From: an uncultured Clostridia bacterium
GTDB lineage: Bacteria; Bacillota; Clostridia; Christensenellales; Borkfalkiaceae
Reading direction: 5' to 3'
Assembly (NCBI GenBank): GCA_964459165.1
Contig: CAYWKM010000001.1
Location: forward strand, 1-50,778
DNA: 50,778 nt
Every line of letters starts with the position of its first letter. The stretch's first letter is position 1. The translations under genes were made by a program, and so were the position numbers. The notes under the pieces were generated by a model, which ran no database searches, was not told the origin of the DNA, and saw only the letters and a list, made by a program, of their open reading frames with translations. This document shows positions 1 through 7,710 of this stretch, in pieces.

Positions 1-327
1 TCTCCGAGACAAAAGGGAATCCCGCCCGTTTCGAAAGAGCGCCTTCCTCTCATTTAGGAGTGGACAAAAAAAGATTTCTTGATAAAATAGAGATGTGAGG
101 ACAGCAGAGAAAATAGAGGCAGGAAACGCCCGTGTCGCAGAAGTGTAGAACAACAGATAAAATTCGGGACGACCAAAGCTGGATCGGCAAGATATCAGTG
201 TAAAATATGTGGAAATATATGAAACGTTTCGTTTGAGGAACTGACCGAAGATATTACCGACGACGCGGATTCGTAGAATCAATCGAAATCGTGGGTTTTC
301 GAAGAATATTTTAGAGGATTGATAAAA

Positions 328-360
328 GCCTCCTATGCCGTTCGGCATAGGAGCTTTTAT
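328..360. terminator. Bidirectional rho-independent terminator downstream of the spo0A-like gene
   Basis: Perfect 10-bp stem CTCCTATGCC (330-339) / GGCATAGGAG (344-353) with a GTTC loop. T-rich runs follow on both strands. It lies about 45 nt past the stop of CDS 398-1156. Confidence 0.75.
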
Positions 361-397
361 TCTATCAAGCAAGCTTCGCTTCGTTTGACAAGTTTTT

Positions 398-1156
398 TTA
401 TAACATATTTTCGAGAATGAGCTTATCGGCGACAAGAGCGATAAATTCGCTATTCGTCGGCTTCTCGGTTCCGATATAGACTCTGGCTCCGAACACGGAA
501 TTGATCGCATCGATTCTTCCCCTATTCCAAGCCACTTCGATCGCGTGTCGGATCGCTCGTTCGACCTTGCTTGCGCTCGTATCGAATTTTTCTCCGATCT
601 TCGGATACAATTCCTTCGTTACGTTATTGATGATGGAGGGCTTCAATACCGTCATCTTAATCCCCTCCCGCAAATAACTGTATCCTTTGATGTGGGGAGG
701 AATTCCGATAGAAATGAATATGGAGCTGATCTCCTCGTCCATCGCCCTCCTTCTAACGGAGGAAAGCTTCGACCGACCTTCGGCGTTCGATTCGATACTT
801 TCAAGAATCCTCCTCTCGGCGACCTCGGGCGAAAAGGGCTTTACAATGTAATAGTCCGCTCCTTTGCTCATGACGCGATTGATGATGCTGTCGTCGGAAA
901 AGGCGCCCATGACGACGCTTGCGCATTGAATTTTCTTCTCTTTAATCTTTTCGAGAACTCCGATGCCGTCGATTCCCTTCAACACAAGTCCAAGTAATAC
1001 GGCGTCGGGCGAAAATCTTTGAATAAGATCAACGCCCTCCGAGCCGTCGTCGCTATCTCCTACCAATTCAAACTTTTCATTTCTCCCGAAGTATTCCTTT
1101 AATTGACTGAGAAAATCCGCATTGCTCTCCAATATCAAAATTGAAACTTTATTCAT
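398..1156 (-). CDS. spo0A: Spo0A-family sporulation transcription factor with a degenerate (Asp-less) receiver domain
   Basis: The C-terminal half carries the Spo0A effector signature (IGIPPHIKGYSYLREGI ... TSASKVERAIRHAIEVAWNRG). The N-terminal half is a CheY-like fold with the conserved Lys (IVKPF). Aligned to B. subtilis Spo0A (PDVLVLDIIMPHLDG), the acceptor segment reads PDAVLLGLVLKGIDG, so Gly replaces Asp, and the DD pair is ES. A GGAG Shine-Dalgarno lies 7 nt upstream of the ATG. Confidence 0.8.
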   Translation of the reverse strand: MNKVSILILESNADFLSQLKEYFGRNEKFELVGDSDDGSEGVDLIQRFSPDAVLLGLVLKGIDGIGVLEKIKEKKIQCASVVMGAFSDDSIINRVMSKGADYYIVKPFSPEVAERRILESIESNAEGRSKLSSVRRRAMDEEISSIFISIGIPPHIKGYSYLREGIKMTVLKPSIINNVTKELYPKIGEKFDTSASKVERAIRHAIEVAWNRGRIDAINSVFGARVYIGTEKPTNSEFIALVADKLILENML

Positions 1157-1192
1157 AAAAAATCTCCGACTCTCCTTACCTTATTGATAAAT

Positions 1193-1221
1193 ATTATAAC
1201 AACATTTTACCATCTTGTAAA
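1193..1221 (-). promoter_or_regulatory. Sigma-A type promoter for the spo0A-like gene
   Basis: On the minus strand: TTTACA (1221-1216), 17-nt spacer, TGT-TATAAT extended -10 (TATAAT = 1198-1193). It sits about 35 nt upstream of the ATG at 1156. Confidence 0.55.
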
Positions 1222-1261
1222 GAAAAGTCAAGAGATTATTTTACGATATTTTTGTTTTATT

Positions 1262-1268
1262 TGTCGAA
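1262..1268. promoter_or_regulatory. Candidate Spo0A binding site (0A box TGTCGAA)
   Basis: Exact match to the 0A-box consensus TGNCGAA, about 40 bp upstream of the predicted -35 of the spo0A-like gene. A 7-mer alone is weak evidence. Confidence 0.3.
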
Positions 1269-1310
1269 AAACGTAAAAAATTATGTTAAATAATCAGTTT
1301 TTTCGATCTC

Positions 1311-2741
1311 TTATGCCGTCTTCGATTTGATATATTCGTCAATCGATTTGGCGGCAATTTTACCCGCGCCCATAGCCTTGATCACCGTGGCCGCGCCGGT
1401 TGCGGCGTCGCCGCCGCAGAACACACCCTCAATGGAGGTCTTCCCGGTTTCGGGGTCCGTCGTGATTTCGCCGTGGGGCTGTGTTTCGAGAGAGGGAGTC
1501 GTATTCTTCAACAGGGGATTCGGAGAGGTTCCGAGAGACATGATGACCGCGTCGACCGGCATAGAAAATTCACTTCCGGGAATTTCAACGGGTCTTCTTC
1601 TTCCCTTTGCATCGGGTTCGCCGAGCTGCATCCTGATGCACTTCATTCCGGCGACGTATCCGTAAGCGGGATCCCTCGGATCCTTTGTATCGGTAGCGAA
1701 AATTTCAATCGGGTTGGTGAGAATATCGAAGACGATACCCTCTTCCTCCGCGTGTTCGACCTCTTCCTTTCTCGCGGGGAGCTCGTCCATCGATCTGCGG
1801 TACACGATATGTACTTCGGCGCCGAGACGCTTTGCCGTTCTCGCCGCGTCCATGGCGACGTTGCCGCCGCCTACGACAGCGACAACCTTGCCGCGATAAA
1901 TAGGCGTCGTGGAGTCCTCGTTATACGCTTTCATGAGGTTGGAGCGCGTGAGGAATTCATTTGCGGAAAATACGGTTTTAAGATTTTCTCCCGGAATATT
2001 CATAAATTTAGGCAAGCCCGCGCCGGATCCGATGAATACCGCCTCAAAGTGATATTCTTCCATCAGCTCCTGAATCGTAATGACGCGACCGATGACCATA
2101 TCGGTAAGCACTTCCACGCCCATTGCTTTTAAGTTGTCTACTTCCTTTTGCACGATCGCTTTGGGAAGTCTGAATTCGGGAATACCGTAGACGAGCACGC
2201 CTCCGGCGAGATGGAGCGCCTCGAAAACGGTTACCTTGTAACCGAGCTTTGCGAGATCGCCCGCGCAGGTAAGACCGGAAGGACCCGAACCGACGACGGC
2301 GACCTTATGCCCGTTGGAGGGAATTTCGACCGGTTTCACCTCGGCGTTGGCGTTATGGTAGTCGGCGACGAATCTTTCGAGACGTCCGATACCGACGGAT
2401 TCGCATCCTGCCTTAATGCCTCTGGTACATTTTCCCTCGCATTGGGTTTCCTGAGGACATACGCGCCCGCATACGGCGGGAAGAGAAGAGGACTGCGCGA
2501 TAATCTGATAAGCCGCTTCAAAATCTCCGACAGCCACCTGAGCGATGAACTCCGGAATAGCGATGTTGACGGGACAGCCCTGAACGCAAGGTCTGTTTCG
2601 GCAATTTAAGCATCTCTTCGCTTCGTCGATTGCCATTTCGGGCGTATAGCCCAAAGTTACCTCTTTAAAATTCTTATTTCTTACGTCGGGTTCCTGAGAA
2701 GGCATCGGATTCTTCAAAGGATTCATATTAAATTTAGGCAT
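1311..2741 (-). CDS. nfnB: NADH-dependent reduced ferredoxin:NADP+ oxidoreductase subunit B (GltD-like, homotetrameric glutamate-synthase-type)
   Basis: N-terminal Fe-S Cys clusters (CLNCRNRPCVQGCP; CGRVCPQETQCEGKC) and two Rossmann motifs (VVGSGPSG; VVGGGNVAMD). It starts 2 nt downstream of the stop of the partner gene 2743-3585. Confidence 0.7.
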   Translation of the reverse strand: MPKFNMNPLKNPMPSQEPDVRNKNFKEVTLGYTPEMAIDEAKRCLNCRNRPCVQGCPVNIAIPEFIAQVAVGDFEAAYQIIAQSSSLPAVCGRVCPQETQCEGKCTRGIKAGCESVGIGRLERFVADYHNANAEVKPVEIPSNGHKVAVVGSGPSGLTCAGDLAKLGYKVTVFEALHLAGGVLVYGIPEFRLPKAIVQKEVDNLKAMGVEVLTDMVIGRVITIQELMEEYHFEAVFIGSGAGLPKFMNIPGENLKTVFSANEFLTRSNLMKAYNEDSTTPIYRGKVVAVVGGGNVAMDAARTAKRLGAEVHIVYRRSMDELPARKEEVEHAEEEGIVFDILTNPIEIFATDTKDPRDPAYGYVAGMKCIRMQLGEPDAKGRRRPVEIPGSEFSMPVDAVIMSLGTSPNPLLKNTTPSLETQPHGEITTDPETGKTSIEGVFCGGDAATGAATVIKAMGAGKIAAKSIDEYIKSKTA

Positions 2742-2742
2742 A

Positions 2743-3585
2743 TTATTTTACCTCCTTGGAAAAGAGATTACAAGCTTCTTCTCTCGCTTTCTTTTCGAAA
2801 TCGCAATAGATTCTGGAACGGAACATCGCCTCGTCGAAATCCACCTCGTGTCCGTCGAAATCGGGACCGTCGACGCAGGCGAATTTCATCTTGCCTCCGA
2901 CGGTGAGACGACAGCCGCCGCACATACCGGTACCGTCGATCATGATCGGATTCATGGAGACGACCGTTTTAATCCCCTTAGGCTTTGTGGCGAGGCATAC
3001 GAACTTCATCATGACGAGCGGGCCGATGGCGATGACCTCGTCGAACGTTTCGCCCGCTTCAAGCATTTCATTCAAGGGGACGCAAACGTTTCCCTTTCTG
3101 CCGTAGCTTCCGTCGTCCGTCATCATAAAGAAACGGCCGGACGCGGCTTTAAATTCCTCTTCGAGAATAACGATATCCTTACTTCTGAAGCCGATAATGG
3201 AGGTAACGTCCGCGCCCTCCTCCTTCAGCTTCCGAGCGATGGGCAGAGCGATCGCACAGCCGACGCCGCCGCCGACGACGCATACTTTTTTCAGCCCTTT
3301 CGTCTCGGTGGGATTGCCCAAGGGTCCGACGAAATCCTGGAGATAATCGCCTTCGTTCATGTGATTCAATCTCTCCGTCGCTCCGCCGACGATCTGAAAA
3401 ATAATCGTAACGGTTCCCTTTTCTCTGTCGTACCCCGCCACCGTCAAAGGAATGCGCTCGCCTTCCGCATCGGTACGTAAAATGATAAACTGACCGGGCT
3501 CCGCTTTTTTTGCAACATACTTCGCTTCGATCTCCATCAATGTTACGGTAGGATTCAAAGACTGTTTCCTTACAATTTTAAACAT
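2743..3585 (-). CDS. nfnA: NfnA-type FAD/NAD-binding oxidoreductase subunit (sulfide/dihydroorotate dehydrogenase-like)
   Basis: About 280 aa with a ferredoxin-reductase-type fold and a C-terminal 2Fe-2S Cys cluster (GTGMCGGCRL...CVDGP). The pairing with the GltD-like subunit is the classic nfnAB arrangement. Confidence 0.7.
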   Translation of the reverse strand: MFKIVRKQSLNPTVTLMEIEAKYVAKKAEPGQFIILRTDAEGERIPLTVAGYDREKGTVTIIFQIVGGATERLNHMNEGDYLQDFVGPLGNPTETKGLKKVCVVGGGVGCAIALPIARKLKEEGADVTSIIGFRSKDIVILEEEFKAASGRFFMMTDDGSYGRKGNVCVPLNEMLEAGETFDEVIAIGPLVMMKFVCLATKPKGIKTVVSMNPIMIDGTGMCGGCRLTVGGKMKFACVDGPDFDGHEVDFDEAMFRSRIYCDFEKKAREEACNLFSKEVK

Positions 3586-3655
3586 AGAAACTCTCCTTAC
3601 ATATTAAAATTTACGTTTCAAATAGCATTTAAAACATAACCGTTCATTACAAATT

Positions 3656-3684
3656 ATTATACAATAAACCTTATTTTTTGTCAA
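3656..3684 (-). promoter_or_regulatory. Consensus sigma-A promoter of nfnAB
   Basis: On the minus strand: TTGACA (3684-3679), 17 nt, TATAAT (3661-3656). Both hexamers are perfect. It lies about 70 nt upstream of the ATG at 3585, which has an AAGGAG Shine-Dalgarno. Confidence 0.75.
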
Positions 3685-3743
3685 TAGACTAACAACGTCA
3701 AATTCGATATAAAAATATTTTTTCGTTCAAAAATACTTTTTCA

Positions 3744-3772
3744 TTTACATTTCACAGAAAAGCAATTATAAT
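3744..3772 (+). promoter_or_regulatory. Sigma-A type promoter of the antiporter gene
   Basis: TTTACA (3744-3749), 17 nt, TATAAT (3767-3772). It is divergent from the nfnAB promoter. Confidence 0.6.
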
Positions 3773-3831
3773 AAGTATTAGATGTTTTATCTGAAAATCG
3801 CTGTTATCTCGTTATCAGGAGAATTTGGCAC

Positions 3832-5166
3832 ATGATGGAATTTGAAGCGTTTGAAATCTTTCTTCCGTTGGCGTTAATATTGATATTATCGAAGCTTCTC
3901 GGACTCGTTTCCAAAAAGATAACGCTACCCGCCGTCGTCGGAATGTTGATCGCGGGGATTTTAATAGGACTCGTTCAATTTATTCCCGGCGTGGAAGAGA
4001 ACGGAACGGGCGCGGGCGGTTTTATCTATCACGCGCTGTTTTGCGACGAAGCGAAAGCTATCTATCAGACGCTCGCAAAAATCGGCGTCGTCCTCATCAT
4101 GTTCTCCGCAGGTCTCGGGACGAATTTAAAGCAGATTCGAGCGACCGGCGCGGCTTCCGTCGTCATCACATTGCTCGGCGTGATCGTCCCTATGGCGCTC
4201 GGATTCGGCGTCGCCGTGCTGTTTGATTATTTCAGCGATATCGCGCTTCTCCCCGACGCAGAGGGGGCGAAGGGCTCGGTAAATCTCCTTTCCGATCTGT
4301 TCTACGGAGCCATTTTAACGGCGACTTCCGTATCGATCACCGTCGCCACGCTAAAAGAGCTCGACAAGCTGAATACGAAGGAGGGCGCCTCCATCGTCTC
4401 CGCCGCCGTTCTCGACGACGTCGTCGGCATTATCATCCTTTCCGTTCTCACGGGATTAAATCCGTCCGCAACGGCGACCGAAACGACCGGCGTAACTTGG
4501 TTTACGCCGAACGCGATCCTCGTGGCGGTCAAAATTCTTCTCTTCTTCCTGTTCGCCATAGTAATGGGAATCCTCGCAAGAAAGCTCTTCGCTTGGATGG
4601 ATAAGAGATATCCCCACCACAGAAGGCTGCCCATATTTTCCATCGCTTTCGCTTTTCTGTACGCCTATCTTGCGGAAAAAATATTCGGCGTGGCGGAAAT
4701 AACGGGCGCCTATCTCGCCGGCGTTATGCTTTGCGGAATGCACGACAGCGATTATTCGGAAAAAAAGGCGGATAGTCTCGGATATCTCATCTTTACGCCC
4801 GTGTTCTTCGCCAATATCGGCATCAGCTCCTTTCGGTTCGACGCGTTCAAAGGCATATGGATCGCCTTCGGTCTTTGTTACATCGCCGTAGGACTTTTAG
4901 GAAAGCTGATCGGCTGCGGCGCGGGAGGATTGATAACCGGATTCGGCAGGAAGGATTCCGCGAAGATCGGATTCGGCATGATGGTGAGAGCGGAGGTCAT
5001 TCTGGTTTGCGCGCAAACGGGCGAAAACGCGGGACTGGTAAGCTCGAATATCATAACCTACGTCTGTTTCATCATTATTATTTCTTCTCTTCTCGCCCCC
5101 CTCTTCATCAAAATGCTTTATAAAGAAGAAAAACCTTCGAATATTCCCGTTGAAAATCAAATCTAA
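3832..5166 (+). CDS. Cation:proton antiporter (CPA1/CPA2 Na+/H+ exchanger family), no KTN domain
   Basis: 444 aa and highly hydrophobic with many predicted TM helices. Typical N-terminal segment LLGLVSKKITLPAVVGMLIAGILIG. A CAGGAG Shine-Dalgarno lies upstream. Confidence 0.7.
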   Translation: MMEFEAFEIFLPLALILILSKLLGLVSKKITLPAVVGMLIAGILIGLVQFIPGVEENGTGAGGFIYHALFCDEAKAIYQTLAKIGVVLIMFSAGLGTNLKQIRATGAASVVITLLGVIVPMALGFGVAVLFDYFSDIALLPDAEGAKGSVNLLSDLFYGAILTATSVSITVATLKELDKLNTKEGASIVSAAVLDDVVGIIILSVLTGLNPSATATETTGVTWFTPNAILVAVKILLFFLFAIVMGILARKLFAWMDKRYPHHRRLPIFSIAFAFLYAYLAEKIFGVAEITGAYLAGVMLCGMHDSDYSEKKADSLGYLIFTPVFFANIGISSFRFDAFKGIWIAFGLCYIAVGLLGKLIGCGAGGLITGFGRKDSAKIGFGMMVRAEVILVCAQTGENAGLVSSNIITYVCFIIIISSLLAPLFIKMLYKEEKPSNIPVENQI

Positions 5167-5185
5167 TCATTAAAGGAGATTGTTT

Positions 5186-6160
5186 ATGAAATATCGCAAT
5201 TTAGGCAAATGGGGACTGAAAGTGAGCGAAGTCGCCTTGGGCTCCTGGGTAACAAATTTAAACGGAACCGCAGCCGAGGAAACTGCCAAAAAGACGGTGA
5301 ACGTCGCCTTCGACAACGGCGTAAATTTCTTCGATTGCGCCGACGGCTATTCCGGCGGAGCGGCGGAGCGTTTCTTGGGCAAAGTTCTTTCGGATCATGC
5401 GAGAAACGAATACGTCGTCTCGACGAAGGTGTTCTTCCCCATGGGACCGGGAGCGAACGACTTCGGACTTTCCCGCAAGCACATTATCGAACAGCTCGAT
5501 AAATCCTTAAAAAATCTGAGAGTGGATTACGTAGATATGTACTTCTGTCACAGATTTGACCCCACGACGCCCATAGAAGAAACCATGCAGGTCTTGTCCG
5601 ATCTGGTACAAGCGGGGAAAGTACTCTATTACGGCGTTTCGGAATGGTCGCCCGTTCAGATCACGGAAGCCCTCGCCGTCATCAGGGAGAACCATTTGCA
5701 CCCGATGAGCGTCATTCAGCCTCAATATAACATGATGGACAGATATATCGAGGATGAAATTATGGGGATTGCGGAGAAAAACGGGCTGGGAATCGTCCCC
5801 TTCTCTCCCCTTGCGCAGGGATTGCTTACGGGAAAATATCGGAAGGGACAGCCTCTCCCCGAAGGAAGCCGCGCCACCTGGCAGGCGGATAAGCAGATCA
5901 ACAGACTGCTGACCGACGAGAACTTGGATAAAGTGGAAAAGCTTATTCCCATAGCCGATTCGCTCGGCGTTCCCCTCTCCGTTCTCGCTTTGGCTTGGAT
6001 TTTACGCAAGAAACAAATCTCTTCCGTCATCACGGGCGCGAGCAAGCCCGAACAGCTTTTAAGCAACGTCCGTGCGAGCGGGCTCAAGCTCTCCAACGAA
6101 ACGATCGCCGAAATCGACAGCATTCTCGATTATCATCCTTTTATAAGAAGGATCGGATGA
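5186..6160 (+). CDS. Aldo/keto reductase (Kv-beta/YajO-like)
   Basis: MKYRNLGKWGLKVSEVALGSW..., FFDCADGYSGG and VDMYFCHRFD are canonical AKR motifs. ATG 5186 is preferred over the TTG at 5180 because AAAGGAG lies 7 nt upstream. Confidence 0.85.
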   Translation: MKYRNLGKWGLKVSEVALGSWVTNLNGTAAEETAKKTVNVAFDNGVNFFDCADGYSGGAAERFLGKVLSDHARNEYVVSTKVFFPMGPGANDFGLSRKHIIEQLDKSLKNLRVDYVDMYFCHRFDPTTPIEETMQVLSDLVQAGKVLYYGVSEWSPVQITEALAVIRENHLHPMSVIQPQYNMMDRYIEDEIMGIAEKNGLGIVPFSPLAQGLLTGKYRKGQPLPEGSRATWQADKQINRLLTDENLDKVEKLIPIADSLGVPLSVLALAWILRKKQISSVITGASKPEQLLSNVRASGLKLSNETIAEIDSILDYHPFIRRIG

Positions 6161-6213
6161 CGCTTTTTCCTGATACGTGAGAATGAATAGCTTTTCAAGA
6201 TCCTTTTAAAATT

Positions 6214-6906
6214 ATGGATATCTGTATTCTCGAGGACAACCGTATACAGGCGGAAGAGCTGAAAAAACGGATAAAGGAAGCTTCGCCCGCCGCCGTCTTT
6301 ACCGAGTACCGCTCGGCGGAAGAGATGCTTTTTGAATGCGGAAACGCTTTCCCGTTCGACGCGATCTTCCTCGATATCGAATTGAAGGGGATGAACGGCA
6401 TGGAGGTCGCCCGCAAAATACGGCGGGCGGACGAAAACGCCGTCATCGTATTCGTGACAAACGCCCCCGCCTATGCGCTCGAAGGATACGAGGTGCAAGC
6501 TCTGCGCTATTTGCTGAAGCCCGCGACGGCGGAAAAGATAAAAGAAATTTTTTCCTCGCTGTCAAAAAGAATAAAAAGGAGCGTTCCCCTCATCCTCGAA
6601 GCGGACGGCGAAAAAATAAAGATAGAGAGCGATTCTCTCCTGTTTATAGAATCCGTCGGGCACCACCTCAGATTCGTCACGGAAACGGGGGAATATCTTA
6701 CACGAGGGACGTTTAAAGATTTTTCGGACAAATTGAAGGAATCTTTTGCGTTTTCTCACAGAAGCTACCTCGTCAACGTCGGAAAGGTTGAAAGGATTGG
6801 AAAAAACGACGTATATTTTCAATCGGGAAGCGTGCCTTTGAGCCGCAGAGCCGCCGACGAATTCTGCAAACGGTTTATTTCGATCAACAAGGAGGAGCAA
6901 TCGTGA
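6214..6906 (+). CDS. LytR/AlgR-family response regulator (receiver + LytTR DNA-binding domain)
   Basis: Receiver with acceptor Asp (AIFLDIELKGMNG) and Lys (LLKP). The C-terminal LytTR domain reads LLFIESVGHHLRFVTETGEY...SHRSYLVNVGKVERI. Confidence 0.85.
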   Translation: MDICILEDNRIQAEELKKRIKEASPAAVFTEYRSAEEMLFECGNAFPFDAIFLDIELKGMNGMEVARKIRRADENAVIVFVTNAPAYALEGYEVQALRYLLKPATAEKIKEIFSSLSKRIKRSVPLILEADGEKIKIESDSLLFIESVGHHLRFVTETGEYLTRGTFKDFSDKLKESFAFSHRSYLVNVGKVERIGKNDVYFQSGSVPLSRRAADEFCKRFISINKEEQS

Positions 6907-7613
6907 AGCCCGTCGCCTATATTTCCCTGATCGCCGCCATCATTCTTATCCTCGCCGTCGGTTTTTTTCTTCTGCTCCGTCGCACGGAAAAAAAGATCGC
7001 CGGAGAGCAAAATAAGATATTCATGAAACAGGTGGAGGAGGTGCACACCCTCTACGCGCAGATGCGCGGTTGGCGGCACGATTACCATAACCACCTGCAA
7101 ACCCTGAAGGCCTATCTCTCGGAAGGCAACGTTTTGGCGGCTCAAACGTACCTTTCCTCCTTGGAAAGCGATTTGTCCTCCGTCCGCCTCCTTTCGGAGA
7201 CGGGAAACGTGCCCGTGGACGCCATCCTCAATTCCAAGCTTTCCCTCGCGATTGAAAATAAGATCAAAGTGGATTATACGTTGAACGTACCCAAAACCAT
7301 TTCGGCGAGCGATCTCGATCTCTGTATTATCTTGGGAAACCTTTTAGACAACGCCGTCGAATCCGCCGTAAAAACGGAGGATAAATTTATCCGTCTGTAC
7401 CTCGGCGTATTCAAGCGTCAGTTTTATATATCCTGCGTCAATTCCACTGCGGAAAAAGCGAGAAAGATCGACGAAGCGTATATTTCAAACAAACGAGGCA
7501 ATCACGGTCACGGCTTGAAGCGCATCGACGGCGCGGTAAAAAAATACGGCGGGCACGTCAACCGCCAGAACGAACCGGGCGTATTCGCCACGGAAATTTT
7601 ACTTCCCCTTTAA
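6903..7613 (+). CDS. Sensor histidine kinase, GHKL ATPase, single N-terminal TM helix (AgrC/LytS-type HPK10-like, minimal sensor)
   Basis: The GTG start overlaps the regulator stop (GTGA). It has one TM helix, an H-box RHDYHNHLQTL, an N-box LGNLLDNAVES and a G-box NHGHGLKRI. Confidence 0.75.
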   Translation: MKPVAYISLIAAIILILAVGFFLLLRRTEKKIAGEQNKIFMKQVEEVHTLYAQMRGWRHDYHNHLQTLKAYLSEGNVLAAQTYLSSLESDLSSVRLLSETGNVPVDAILNSKLSLAIENKIKVDYTLNVPKTISASDLDLCIILGNLLDNAVESAVKTEDKFIRLYLGVFKRQFYISCVNSTAEKARKIDEAYISNKRGNHGHGLKRIDGAVKKYGGHVNRQNEPGVFATEILLPL

Positions 7614-7646
7614 CCGTTCGTGACAAATTGAAAGCCTTTTGCGCCA

Positions 7647-7673
7647 TTCCCCGATTTTTTCGGGGAATTTTGC
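7647..7673 (+). terminator. Rho-independent terminator after the two-component system
   Basis: Stem TTCCCCG (7647-7653) / CGGGGAA (7661-7667) followed by TTTTGC. Confidence 0.65.
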
Positions 7674-7710
7674 TAAAATACAGTCATTCCGACAACAAGG
7701 AGAATAAGCT

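Noticed and set aside
1-327. A 330-bp stretch without a credible ORF, including a short YQCKICGNI-stop fragment (about 193-222) reminiscent of a zinc-ribbon or rubredoxin knuckle, and possible RNA structure
   Set aside because: The frame has no plausible start or length. I recognise no riboswitch or sRNA consensus in it. It could be a gene remnant or a 3' UTR of a gene outside the window, which cannot be supported from this sequence alone.
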